A stretch of DNA of 24,000 nt from the NCBI GenBank assembly GCA_004524445.1, contig SDNP01000020.1, positions 33,320-57,319 of the forward strand. Reading direction: 5' to 3'. Numbering within the stretch: the first letter of the stretch is position 1; every line of letters starts with the position of its first letter. This DNA is from Candidatus Thorarchaeota archaeon. GTDB lineage: Archaea; Asgardarchaeota; Thorarchaeia; Thorarchaeales; Thorarchaeaceae. Positions 8,692 to 17,579 of this stretch are shown piece after piece. A program made the position numbers and the translations under genes. The notes beneath the pieces were generated by a model. That model worked only from the letters and a program-made list of their open reading frames with translations, was not told where the DNA came from and made no database searches.

Positions 8692-10320
8692 CTATTCTTC
8701 GTCGAAGTCTTCTCCACCTGGGCCACCGCCCATGCCGCCGCCGCCCTTTGAGCTAATAACGTCATCAATTTTTAGAATCATTTGTGCAGCCTCAGCAGCT
8801 GACATAATGATTTGCCTGTTAACGAGTGCCGACTCAACAACTTTCGCCTTCTTCATGTCACGGACCTTACCGCCGAGCACGTCGACACCATATGTCAATT
8901 TACCTTCTGAATGAGCGGATCGCAAAGCAACTAGAATGTCTATTGGGTCCAGACCTCCATTCTCAGCAAGCGTGGAAGGCAAAGACTCGATGGCATCTGC
9001 GAATGCGTTCACAGCATATTGCTCACGACCAACAAGAGTTGATGCATAACTACGAAGTTCCTTGGCAATCTCTGCAGCAAGTGCTCCGCCACCATATGTA
9101 ACCTCTGGCTGAACGACTATGTTACGAACCACATAGAGCGCGTCATTCAAAGTCCTGTCGACCTCGTCAACAATATGGTCTGTGCCTCCCCTTACCATAA
9201 TTGTTGCAACTGATGACTTTGGAGTTCCCTCTATGAACAACATCTTGTCATCACTGATTAATCGCTGCTCGACAATCTTGGCCTTTCCAAGATCATCCTT
9301 TGTTAAGTTCTTGAGCTTCGAAACAATGCTGGCTCCGGTGGCTTTATGCAATCTCTCTATGTCTGATTTCTTTATACGTCGAACCGCAAGGATGCCGTTC
9401 TTAGCCAAGTAGTGTTGAGCTACATCGTCGATGCCCTTCTGTGCAATGACTACTGTAGCACCAACGTCGATTATCTTCTGAACCATATCCTTGAGCATTT
9501 TCTCTTCTTCGTCAAGGAAATTCTGCATCGCCGTTGGATCACTAATTGAAATCTTTGCATCAAATTCGGTCTTAGTAACCTCAAGTGGAGACTCTAGCAA
9601 CACGATTTTTGCATTGGTCACCTTCTTAGGCATGCCCGGATGTACTATCTCTTTGTCAAGAACAATACCGTTGATGAGTTCAGTTCTAGATACTTCCAGA
9701 CCCTTCTGTTTTTGCCTGGGGATATTATCCATATCAAATTCTGCTTCTGGATCTCTTCCTTTTTCAACTGCCAAGACAGCATCGACTACAACCTTTGCTA
9801 AATGGTCGCGTGATGCGGAAACAAACTTGCTTGACATGGCTGTCATTGCTGCATCGATTAGAATCTTTTTGAATTTCGGGTCCTCTTTGTCGAGCTTCTC
9901 AGAAACGTCATCAATTACTTTGAGGGCCTTCTCTGTAGCCTTCCGGTATCCACTGATAATTGTAGTTGGATGAATCTTCTGGTCCAGCAGTTCCTCCGCT
10001 AGACGCAATAGGTCTCCCGTAAGAACTGTTGCGGTTGTGGTTCCATCTCCAGCCTCTTGGTCAACGGTCTTTGCAACTTCAATCACCATCTTGGCTGCAG
10101 GATGTGCTACATCCATTTCCTTCAAAATTGTTGCACCGTCACTAGTCACAGTGACATCTCCGAAGCCATCAACAAGCATCTTGTCCATTCCTTTTGGACC
10201 AAGTGCAGACTTGACAGCTTCAGCAATCACAACGGCCGCCATGATATTGTTGCGCTGTGCATCGCGGCCCCTGGTTCTTTCAGTGTCCTCTCTTAATACA
10301 AGGATAGGTACTTGACTCAT
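8692..10320 (-). CDS. ths: Thermosome subunit (group II chaperonin)
   Basis: [53 protein letters not shown] and a Gly/Met-rich acidic C-terminal tail ([17 protein letters not shown]). GGAGGA (10328-10333) lies 7 nt upstream of ATG 10320. Confidence 0.95.
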   Translation of the reverse strand: MSQVPILVLREDTERTRGRDAQRNNIMAAVVIAEAVKSALGPKGMDKMLVDGFGDVTVTSDGATILKEMDVAHPAAKMVIEVAKTVDQEAGDGTTTATVLTGDLLRLAEELLDQKIHPTTIISGYRKATEKALKVIDDVSEKLDKEDPKFKKILIDAAMTAMSSKFVSASRDHLAKVVVDAVLAVEKGRDPEAEFDMDNIPRQKQKGLEVSRTELINGIVLDKEIVHPGMPKKVTNAKIVLLESPLEVTKTEFDAKISISDPTAMQNFLDEEEKMLKDMVQKIIDVGATVVIAQKGIDDVAQHYLAKNGILAVRRIKKSDIERLHKATGASIVSKLKNLTKDDLGKAKIVEQRLISDDKMLFIEGTPKSSVATIMVRGGTDHIVDEVDRTLNDALYVVRNIVVQPEVTYGGGALAAEIAKELRSYASTLVGREQYAVNAFADAIESLPSTLAENGGLDPIDILVALRSAHSEGKLTYGVDVLGGKVRDMKKAKVVESALVNRQIIMSAAEAAQMILKIDDVISSKGGGGMGGGPGGEDFDEE

Positions 10321-10335
10321 GATTTATTCCTCCAT

Positions 10336-10360
10336 ACTAGCCTGTGCTTTTTTAGCTAGT
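10336..10360 (-). promoter_or_regulatory. Inverted repeat ACTAGC-N13-GCTAGT in the thermosome leader, 2 nt upstream of the SD
   Basis: Perfect 6-bp arms at 10336-10341 and 10355-10360. The repeat lies between a TATA-like CTTTAAA (10401-10407, minus strand) and the SD. It could be an RNA hairpin or a protein operator. Confidence 0.3.
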
Positions 10361-10482
10361 GTGACAAAACTGTACATGCACTTCGCATCATTTTTTTGCA
10401 TTTAAAGATTGTCTTACACACTTGTCTTGTCAAGTGAGAGGCGAGTCTAATGGAATAAAAAGCTTGCCAACTAGCAATGCTA

Positions 10483-11403
10483 TCAATTTGGTATTGATGG
10501 ACGACGCAAAACAACATTGTCTCCCTGCTTGGCACCTATTGCACGGGAAATATGCGCGCATTTGGCTCTTGTAATGTAATAGGTTTCGACGTTCATCTCC
10601 CTTTGAATCTCAGGAAAAGTTTCTATATTTGCCTGGCCCTTGGATATAACCAAATCTGAGGCCCGTATTTTTTCTAGGAATCCTGTGCTAACCCACTTTA
10701 GAGGTACTCCGTGTGCCCAGGCACCAGTATCAATTATCTCTGCGTACTTCTCAATTTCGGTACCCTCAACATCCTCCCTTGTAACATCATTTACCATTGC
10801 TCTCCCTTTTACAACATATGTGATACTCCAGCCAAGATTCTTAACGAGCCGAAGCAGGGGGATGTCAAACAGATTCTCGCCGGCATTATCTGCCAAAAAT
10901 GAAACCCGACCTGGTGCTGATTTCAGAGATTGCCACAGATACTCTGAGTCGTCGATAGTAAAACCATCATCCAGAATGTCCTTGAAGACTTCAGAAAGCT
11001 TGTTCAAATTTGGTCGATGACCTGCCGTATTGAAGTCAATGAAATTTCCCGCTATCGATGCCGCTAGAGATGCTCGCAATCTAGGATAACCATCATATTG
11101 GTCAATTCTATCCATCACAAGTGGAAGTGCCAGTCTTGCAGCTTCTATGCTCTGATCCTTTATCCTTCGGTAAGGGTCTTTTTTTCCCGCCTTTGTGTAA
11201 AGATCTCGATATAGTTCGATGGATAGGGGTGCAGGTGGTTTCTTCTTGGCATATCCCTCGGACAATTTCTTATAGGCAAGACTGAGGAGTTCATATTGCT
11301 CATCACTATCATCACTAAGCAACGGTATGAGAGTTTGGAGGCTATTGAGAATGCAGGCTGAGCATTCTGGAATCAAAGGCACATCTATTTGGTCGATGTT
11401 CAA
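10483..11403 (-). CDS. DUF89-family damage-control phosphatase (ARMT1-like, subfamily I)
   Basis: N-terminal CSAC pair, FLADNAGENLFDIPLL (DNxGE metal site) and ISKGQANIETF (KGxxN), as in DUF89 proteins. TTG start at 11403, with GAGGA (11412-11416) 8 nt upstream. Confidence 0.75.
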   Translation of the reverse strand: MNIDQIDVPLIPECSACILNSLQTLIPLLSDDSDEQYELLSLAYKKLSEGYAKKKPPAPLSIELYRDLYTKAGKKDPYRRIKDQSIEAARLALPLVMDRIDQYDGYPRLRASLAASIAGNFIDFNTAGHRPNLNKLSEVFKDILDDGFTIDDSEYLWQSLKSAPGRVSFLADNAGENLFDIPLLRLVKNLGWSITYVVKGRAMVNDVTREDVEGTEIEKYAEIIDTGAWAHGVPLKWVSTGFLEKIRASDLVISKGQANIETFPEIQREMNVETYYITRAKCAHISRAIGAKQGDNVVLRRPSIPN

Positions 11404-11407
11404 AGGT

Positions 11408-11947
11408 TTATTCCTCTGGTTGATGTTTTTTGACCATTAAGAGGGCATCCTCGCCATCCCGATAATACCCCTTCAGAGTCCGCTTTATCTCAAATCCCAG
11501 GTTTTCATACACTGATATAGCATCTTTGTTGGTTTCTCTTACTTCCAAGAAGAACTCACTGGCTCCATACTCAACCATGCCCTCCATTGCCGCTTCAATG
11601 AGTGCTGAACCAATTCCCTGATTGCGGCATTCCGGCTTTACGGCAACTGAAACAATATGGCCCTTTTTCGTAGGTAATTTTCCAAAACTGGAAAGTCCAC
11701 GTTCTATTCGGCACATGATGTAGCCACAGAGTTCATCCTCTCCCTTACTTTCAGCAACAATGAACGCATCGGGGGCGTGATAATGCAGCCCTAGAAAAAA
11801 TTGGTCGGGATAGTTTTCAGGAAGACAAATTCTATTTATGCCCACAACTGACCTGATATCCTCCTTTTGGAACTTTCTGATTTCAATCTGTTGTTCCGTT
11901 TGTAGTCCCTCCAAGATTTGTGGGCGGTCGTTTTGGGTATAAGGCAT
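11408..11947 (-). CDS. rimI: N-alpha-acetyltransferase, RimI/Ard1 (Naa10-like) family
   Basis: IRKFQKEDIRSVVGINRICLPENYP, GHIVSVAVKPECRNQGIGSALIEAA (RxxGxG/A) and LEVRETNKDAISVYENLGF. This is the typical archaeal Ard1-type NAT pattern. Confidence 0.85.
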   Translation of the reverse strand: MPYTQNDRPQILEGLQTEQQIEIRKFQKEDIRSVVGINRICLPENYPDQFFLGLHYHAPDAFIVAESKGEDELCGYIMCRIERGLSSFGKLPTKKGHIVSVAVKPECRNQGIGSALIEAAMEGMVEYGASEFFLEVRETNKDAISVYENLGFEIKRTLKGYYRDGEDALLMVKKHQPEE

Positions 11948-11995
11948 CTTTTATGGATTTTGTAAATGACATCTCCATATTAAAACAAAATAGTA

Positions 11996-12739
11996 TTAAT
12001 TCCCATGCCTATCCAGCCATCTACGGACCTCTTCATAGTCTATGCTAGATGTTTCTTTATTCGCTGCTCTAACCCAATTCTCCACACGATTACTATCAAT
12101 TGAATACCCTTTTGGAAAATCTAGCTCCCCTGTCTTTACAGCTTCCATAATGTCTTGGAGTATCACATTTGGATCCGCCATTGAAAGGTCCACGATGCTG
12201 GTTATACCTGCACCGTATGTTACTGCCCTTGCATCCGCTATCCATCGCTGGGCAATTTGCTTATCAATGCTACAGATTCGCATGATCTCACTAGCCGTGA
12301 CTACCGATAAATCTTCCAAATCCCTGATTTCGTGCCTCTCGAGTTTCAAGGCGCATTCCTTCCTCAAGCCTTCAACAATTGTAACTGGAATGGTTTCATC
12401 TAGATCGCTTAGAGAAAGCTCCGGAAAGGGTTCGCTTTCGTATTTAGTTTCCTCCAGTTCATCAAATATTACCTGTCTTATGCGTTCCTCAAATTCACTC
12501 AAGTCCTCGTTGCCTCTCCTATAAATTACTCTTCGAGGCCTGTGGACATGATATTCCATTGACGGGATTTTTTCTCTTAGCTTTCTGCAGAACCAACCAA
12601 CCCATAGCAGCATGGTGGTCAAGAGCATGAGTACAGATAATAATGTAGCAGTCCACCAAAGCAGTATTGCTGCAATAAGCAATGCAAATGATATCACCGC
12701 GATACTTGTTTCGGATGTAAACGATTTGTTGCTGGACAT
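11996..12739 (-). CDS. Membrane-anchored protein with a C-terminal HhH/DUF4332-like domain
   Basis: Two N-terminal hydrophobic helices (IAVISFALLIAAILLWW and LSVLMLLTTMLLWVGWF). The C-terminal region IVEGLRKECALKLERHEIRDLEDL...IAQRWIADARAV..GAGITSIVDLSMADP resembles tandem helix-hairpin-helix (DUF4332) repeats. By eye only. Confidence 0.45.
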   Translation of the reverse strand: MSSNKSFTSETSIAVISFALLIAAILLWWTATLLSVLMLLTTMLLWVGWFCRKLREKIPSMEYHVHRPRRVIYRRGNEDLSEFEERIRQVIFDELEETKYESEPFPELSLSDLDETIPVTIVEGLRKECALKLERHEIRDLEDLSVVTASEIMRICSIDKQIAQRWIADARAVTYGAGITSIVDLSMADPNVILQDIMEAVKTGELDFPKGYSIDSNRVENWVRAANKETSSIDYEEVRRWLDRHGN

Positions 12740-12832
12740 TGGTACAATCTCAATTTGTTATGGTTCTATTAACAAAATCTACTCTTATAAGCAATAAGAG
12801 AAAGGCAGTTTGCTATATCCAATATCTTATGA

Positions 12833-13426
12833 ATGGACTCGGAGCGGTTTCTAATTATGAGCGTTATTGTCATTGGTGGTAACCCAGGCACCGGAAAGAC
12901 TATGATTGCAGCTGAGCTGTCAAAGAAACTGGAACTTCCTGTAGTTCAACTTGGTACAATAGCAGAGGAAAACGGGTGCATAAGAGAACATGATGATCAA
13001 CGCTCATCAAATGTGATTGACGAAGACTGCTTGGTGGAGGCAATCCATAATCTATTCTATGAAAATGACGAGGACTTTATCATCGAGGGCCATTATGTAG
13101 ATCTAGTTCCCAGTAGGAAGGTGAAGGAGATCATCATCCTCAGAACGCATCCGGATGTGCTCAGAGAACGGCTTCTTGAGCGAGGTTATGATAAAGCTAA
13201 GGTGAACGAAAATGTAGAGGCAGAGGTCATGGGCGTGTGTCAGATGGATGCAATCTTCTCTTTTGGCGAAGATGCCGTATACGAGATTGACACAACATCC
13301 ATATCTGTTGACGAATGCGTGAATACAATCATCGAGATTCTAGGTTCCAACAAGAAGCCGGAGCATATCGATTGGATGGACCTCTTAGAGGAGCAGGGTA
13401 TTCTCGAAGATTATATCTCTCTATAG
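12833..13426 (+). CDS. Fap7/AK6-type nucleoside-triphosphatase (adenylate kinase-like ribosome biogenesis factor)
   Basis: Walker A motif VIVIGGNPGTGKT, GHYVDLVP, and ILRTHPDVLRERLLERGYDKAKVNENVEAE, which matches the Fap7/hCINAP family. An alternative start at ATG 12857 would give MSVIVIGG. Confidence 0.8.
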   Translation: MDSERFLIMSVIVIGGNPGTGKTMIAAELSKKLELPVVQLGTIAEENGCIREHDDQRSSNVIDEDCLVEAIHNLFYENDEDFIIEGHYVDLVPSRKVKEIIILRTHPDVLRERLLERGYDKAKVNENVEAEVMGVCQMDAIFSFGEDAVYEIDTTSISVDECVNTIIEILGSNKKPEHIDWMDLLEEQGILEDYISL

Positions 13427-13427
13427 G

Positions 13428-14033
13428 TTATTCTTTCTCTCGTAACGCTATTGATAGCATAGCAACGAACCCCATGATCATCATTGACAAAGGAGTTCCT
13501 GTTGCACTAATCTGTCCGACAAGATTTGGGTCCGCGGTGACAGCAAATGTCACCAAGAAGAACACATATGCTCCAGACATCATCATCAGCATCCCCGGAA
13601 TAACCGAAAGATATGTGGCTCGTGGATCATTGTAAGCGAAGACGCCTAGGATTATCATCACGATTCCTGCTACTAGTGGAAACATGAAGAAAACATTGCC
13701 TTGAGTAACCATTGCATCAAAAAAGGTATCAAATCCATACACACGTGTTTCTTGATTCATCACCACCAGGAACTCGGTCCAGATAGATAGAATCCCTGAA
13801 ACAATCAACAAAGCAGCTGGCCATCTATAATGTATTAAACCCAATTCGCGTTTTCTGAGTTGCTTCTTGAGTTCCCTCGCTCTTCTTAGCCTCTCAGCTT
13901 CTTTTTCTTCCTCAATTTCACGCTCTCTTGTCGTTAGGCCATCTTCTGCTTTTTCTTCATCGTCCACAGCTCGAACAATCTCCTCTGCCATTTCTTCAGA
14001 ATCATCAGAGCTGCCTGAGGTTTCTTCTGTCAT
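13428..14033 (-). CDS. Hypothetical membrane protein (acidic, charged N-terminal region plus about 4 TM helices)
   Basis: A 201-aa ORF. The N-terminal 70 aa are Glu/Asp/Lys/Arg-rich, and four hydrophobic segments follow. No recognisable family. Its stop lies 1 nt from the convergent Fap7 stop. Confidence 0.5.
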   Translation of the reverse strand: MTEETSGSSDDSEEMAEEIVRAVDDEEKAEDGLTTREREIEEEKEAERLRRARELKKQLRKRELGLIHYRWPAALLIVSGILSIWTEFLVVMNQETRVYGFDTFFDAMVTQGNVFFMFPLVAGIVMIILGVFAYNDPRATYLSVIPGMLMMMSGAYVFFLVTFAVTADPNLVGQISATGTPLSMMIMGFVAMLSIALREKE

Positions 14034-14089
14034 CTGAACTCAACTCTCAACTTGTCTGGAATTATATAAGCATCAGTGTCTACGTAGAA

Positions 14090-15922
14090 TTATGCCATGC
14101 GGGGTGCGCGTTCAATCTCGAGTACCTTCGGGTGATTGAGGATTTTTCGGATAACCGGCTCAATCCCTGAATTTTGCAGTTTGGTAATGAACTCAACTGT
14201 TTTTTGCCTGCTGATTGCTTTTATTGAGGACACTATTTCTTCTCTAAGCTCCCTCTCAATATCCAAGTAGTCTGAGTATACTAACGCGTTGGCAGTGTTG
14301 TCAATGAAATTAATCCTATCCCGACACACCCCAGGTGAACCAAGAAGCTGTTGCATTATATTAAAAAGTCTCGAGTATGTTTCAGCAGCATCTGGATACA
14401 CCACTGGAAACCGCTCAAGAATACCGGTATTCATGCAGGTTGTGTATTTTGAATAATTGGTCAGATATCTAATTGAGATATATTTCGCAATTCTGGAATT
14501 CAGAATCAGACCGATTGTTTCCATTTGATAATCTGGATTGGCAATTGAAATCCGAACCACGCCTCCTCCATGCAGATATCCTCTCGGCTTCATCACACAT
14601 CTTGGATAAGCTAGATTCTTGGTTGCTATGAGGAACTTCTCTCCAATCTCCCCCATATGTTTCTTAGAAGTCTTATACCAATCGTCAGTGTATTTCATCC
14701 ACTTCTCGACAAGCTCGTATCGACCGATACTCCGCCCTTTTGTTGCAAACGGAGTTAGAAACTCTCCTTCTTTTGTCCTCCGTAGGTGTTTAGAGGGGAT
14801 ATCCCTGCCTCGGGACCCAGAGAGGATATTTGTTTCACCCAGCTCAATGAGCCTCTCATAGAAATCGTCTTGATATAAGGAAATAATGGTGGATGGGTCA
14901 ATATGCCTACGCGGAATCCAGTGCCTTCCCTCTAGTTCTTCCCGTTTGGATAGAATCTCCAATGGATGTCCGTTTCCTTTATTTCTTTTAGAACAGAAGA
15001 GTGTGATCATCTCAAGCGTGACATCATCCCAGGCCTTTCCCTCGTCAACTATTTCCCATGGATGCAATTTTCCGAAAATGAACTTCCGAATTTTCTCGAA
15101 TTGTCCCACACGTAGGAAACTGTTTGGTAAGATTAGTCCCATTTGCCCATGTTCAGATAATAACATGGCAGAGCGAACAACAAATAAGCAAGCGATATTC
15201 CAGGAGCCATTTCGTCCGCTGACTACATCTAGGGGATAACTTCCTAGAATTTGCTGCCTCTCGTCTTTGCTCATTATATTTCCGTATGGAGGGTTAGCAA
15301 TTATCACATCGAATCCATGTCTACGACTTTGGAATGCTTGGGGGAACTCTTGGTTCCAATGGAATGGACTCGACTTGGTGTTTATGTCTGTCGAAGGCAT
15401 GCATTCAGTAATTATATCGCCTGTATCTAGATGACCGATTAGACTATTTCCCTGTTTGATATTCTCGTGAATCTTTGCGGAAAGAGTCGAGTCACTCTCA
15501 CTAGAATCGATATCGCACCAGCTCAGAAGAAGTCGCCGTGTTTTTCTAGTGGGAAGGGAAAGGAGTTCCACTCCGAATAGATTACGTTTCACGATGTGCG
15601 CCTTGATTTCTTCAGGCGGTCGGGTATCTCCATATCTCTGTCGCATTTTGAGAAGATACTCTCCTGCTGCAAGAAGAAAGACGCCTTCTCCGACTGCGGG
15701 GTCTAGAATTCTTATTCCGTCAATCAGACTCTGTGATACTCTTGCATTCTCGTCAGCATCAGCAATTTGCGTGAGAAGGGAATGCTTGGACGCGTGAGTG
15801 AGATAGGCCTCAATAGTATTTTCAGCTATGTATCCTGCAATATCCTCGGGGGTATAGAATGAACCTGTGGGCTTATCCCCATTCATTGTCGTCAGATGCT
15901 GCAATGTAAGGCATATCTCCAA
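14090..15922 (-). CDS. N6-adenine DNA methyltransferase, gamma class (Eco57I/TaqI-like methylase domain plus C-terminal target-recognition region), with no nuclease domain
   Basis: GSFYTPEDIAGYI (motif X), ILDPAVGEGVFLLAA (motif I, AdoMet binding), IKQGNSLIG and DVIIANPPYGN (motif IV; NPPY encoded at 15284-15295). The track start is TTG 15922, and ATG 15886 (MNGDKPTGSFYTP) is an equally plausible start. Confidence 0.85.
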   Translation of the reverse strand: MEICLTLQHLTTMNGDKPTGSFYTPEDIAGYIAENTIEAYLTHASKHSLLTQIADADENARVSQSLIDGIRILDPAVGEGVFLLAAGEYLLKMRQRYGDTRPPEEIKAHIVKRNLFGVELLSLPTRKTRRLLLSWCDIDSSESDSTLSAKIHENIKQGNSLIGHLDTGDIITECMPSTDINTKSSPFHWNQEFPQAFQSRRHGFDVIIANPPYGNIMSKDERQQILGSYPLDVVSGRNGSWNIACLFVVRSAMLLSEHGQMGLILPNSFLRVGQFEKIRKFIFGKLHPWEIVDEGKAWDDVTLEMITLFCSKRNKGNGHPLEILSKREELEGRHWIPRRHIDPSTIISLYQDDFYERLIELGETNILSGSRGRDIPSKHLRRTKEGEFLTPFATKGRSIGRYELVEKWMKYTDDWYKTSKKHMGEIGEKFLIATKNLAYPRCVMKPRGYLHGGGVVRISIANPDYQMETIGLILNSRIAKYISIRYLTNYSKYTTCMNTGILERFPVVYPDAAETYSRLFNIMQQLLGSPGVCRDRINFIDNTANALVYSDYLDIERELREEIVSSIKAISRQKTVEFITKLQNSGIEPVIRKILNHPKVLEIERAPRMA

Positions 15923-16050
15923 TACTTGAAGAATCAGCCTAGCAATTTGAAACGAGGTAACACAGGGGCATCATAGACTAAGTGTATTATAGACTGGAAT
16001 ATCGAATGGATAAAATGTGGATCGTGTTAAAGAAAAGAGATATGGAGGAG

Positions 16051-16068
16051 AAAAGGGGCTTGTGCCCC
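16051..16068 (-). terminator. Hairpin GGGGC-ACAA-GCCCC followed by TTTT, downstream of the SPFH gene
   Basis: A 5-bp GC stem (16055-16059 and 16064-16068) with a 4-nt loop. On the minus strand it is followed by TTTTCTCC (16051-16054 and beyond). It lies 24 nt after the stop at 16092. Confidence 0.4.
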
Positions 16069-16091
16069 AACTAATTCTCCTGCTTGTTGGT

Positions 16092-16970
16092 TTACCCTAT
16101 CTTAGTCCCGCAGTTCGGACAGAACTTAGCGCCGTCGAGTTTCTGCCCACAGTTCGGACAGAACTTTGCTCCTGCTGGAGCTGAACCTCCACCTTGGCCT
16201 TGTCCTGACATCTGTGCACCCATGGCACCCATCATTGCTGCACCCGCACCAAATCCTGCACCAGGGCTTTTTCCAATAGATGAAGCAGCATCTTTCATGG
16301 TTTCTGACCCTATGACTTGTTGACCACTAACTCCACCGGTTCGCAGCCAGAAGAGTCGCTCACGGTATTTCTCTGTGGTGTCAATGCCTTCAAATTTCAG
16401 GTCTACGAGCTCCAGGCCAATACGCTCAAAGTTCATTCTTACTTTGGTCTTGACCTTCATTGAAGTCTCATCCAGCTGGGTGAATACAGCCTGTAGGTCA
16501 TAATGTGCAAATTCATCGATGATGCGTTCATTCATGAACGACCTGAGAAAGTCGTTGATTTTCTTGGTAGTAAAGGCGTTCTGATTCCCAATTACTTCTG
16601 TGACGAAAATCTTGGGTTCCTTGATTCTAAACCAGAAGTTGCCGTGAAACATGAGAGGCGCAAGATCGCTTGTCTGGCCTCGTCCACCAAATTTACCTTG
16701 GAACTGACCCCGAGATACGAAAATACAGGTGGCCTGGAATACATCGCCCTTGACTTTCTTTTGGAGCCAGCCAACGAAAGAAGGCATGCTGCTTGTCGTA
16801 AGCTTGTGTCTGCCTGCGAGGAAAGTGTCCAGGGCCTTGCCATCTCTGTAAAAGATTGCCGCTTGATTCTCCATGACAACCAATTGGGAGCCCCACTCGA
16901 TTCTGTTATCTGGATACCGCCAAACTAATTGGTCCGGCCCAGCATTTGTCCATTCTATAGCATCAGCCAT
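16092..16970 (-). CDS. SPFH/band-7-like protein (COG4260, YdjI-like) with a Gly/Ala/Met-rich linker and two C-terminal zinc ribbons
   Basis: The N-terminal segment LVWRYPDNRIEWGSQLVVMENQAAIFYRDGK is typical of the virion-core-like SPFH family. The C-terminus reads AKFCPNCGQKLDGAKFCPNCGTKIG, two CPxCG zinc-ribbon knuckle motifs. Confidence 0.8.
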   Translation of the reverse strand: MADAIEWTNAGPDQLVWRYPDNRIEWGSQLVVMENQAAIFYRDGKALDTFLAGRHKLTTSSMPSFVGWLQKKVKGDVFQATCIFVSRGQFQGKFGGRGQTSDLAPLMFHGNFWFRIKEPKIFVTEVIGNQNAFTTKKINDFLRSFMNERIIDEFAHYDLQAVFTQLDETSMKVKTKVRMNFERIGLELVDLKFEGIDTTEKYRERLFWLRTGGVSGQQVIGSETMKDAASSIGKSPGAGFGAGAAMMGAMGAQMSGQGQGGGSAPAGAKFCPNCGQKLDGAKFCPNCGTKIG

Positions 16971-17116
16971 ACTAAATACACCCGTAAGTAATTCGAGTTC
17001 TGAATGGTTACTACGTGGAGTGGTTTTAAACGTTCACATGCTATAGTAAACGAGCCAAATTTCATTGCAAACACGTTCTAAGTTATTAGGCAAGATGCGG
17101 AAGTACCGTAGGAGTC

Positions 17117-17575
17117 GTGCATTTGAAGCCCACCCATGATAAAAGCGGTATAGAAGGATCCGATCCGGAGGAAGACAAAGAACCAAAACGAAGGTCCTTC
17201 AATTTCATGAGAAGCTACATAGAAATTGGCGCTGGTATAATTGGTAGTTACGTCCTACTCTATGTTGTCGGCTATTTCGCTTTGATAACTTTGATGCTCT
17301 TCATAATCGTCATGATTGCTCGAGAAACCGTCTACATTCTAGAGAACTATGATTACGGATTTGTCCGAAAGGCTTCGGTTTTCAATGCGATTCACGCTAT
17401 AGGATGGTTTGCTGTGTTGGCCATCAATGCAATCACACTGATTGAAGACGGCACCCCTCTGATTTTGCCGCAAATTCCAACCTTGACAAATATGGCTCCC
17501 TTATTCATCTTGATGGCGCTATTTGGTTCTAGAAATATCAGTGCAATATACGTTCCGGACAAAAAGCAATCATGA
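17117..17575 (+). CDS. Hypothetical small membrane protein (about 4 TM helices)
   Basis: A 152-aa ORF with GTG start 17117; ATG 17207 is an alternative. Hydrophobic segments include IGAGIIGSYVLLYVVGYFALITLMLFIIVMI, AIHAIGWFAVLAINAITLI and MAPLFILMALFG. No family recognised. Confidence 0.5.
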   Translation: MHLKPTHDKSGIEGSDPEEDKEPKRRSFNFMRSYIEIGAGIIGSYVLLYVVGYFALITLMLFIIVMIARETVYILENYDYGFVRKASVFNAIHAIGWFAVLAINAITLIEDGTPLILPQIPTLTNMAPLFILMALFGSRNISAIYVPDKKQS

Positions 17576-17579
17576 ATTC

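Noticed and set aside
8732-10315. A series of plus-strand ORFs of 60-160 aa (8732-8914, 8826-9101, 9182-9412, 9491-9973, 10037-10315, 10057-10296) antisense to the thermosome gene
   Set aside because: They are Ser/Thr/Ala-rich, low-complexity shadow frames of a highly confident, motif-rich gene on the opposite strand. They have no SD and no recognisable motifs.
16111-16166. A 17-nt perfect direct repeat spaced 39 nt apart, considered as a possible repeat element or mini-CRISPR
   Set aside because: There are only two copies, and both are in frame, encoding the duplicated KFCPNCG zinc-ribbon motif of the SPFH protein.
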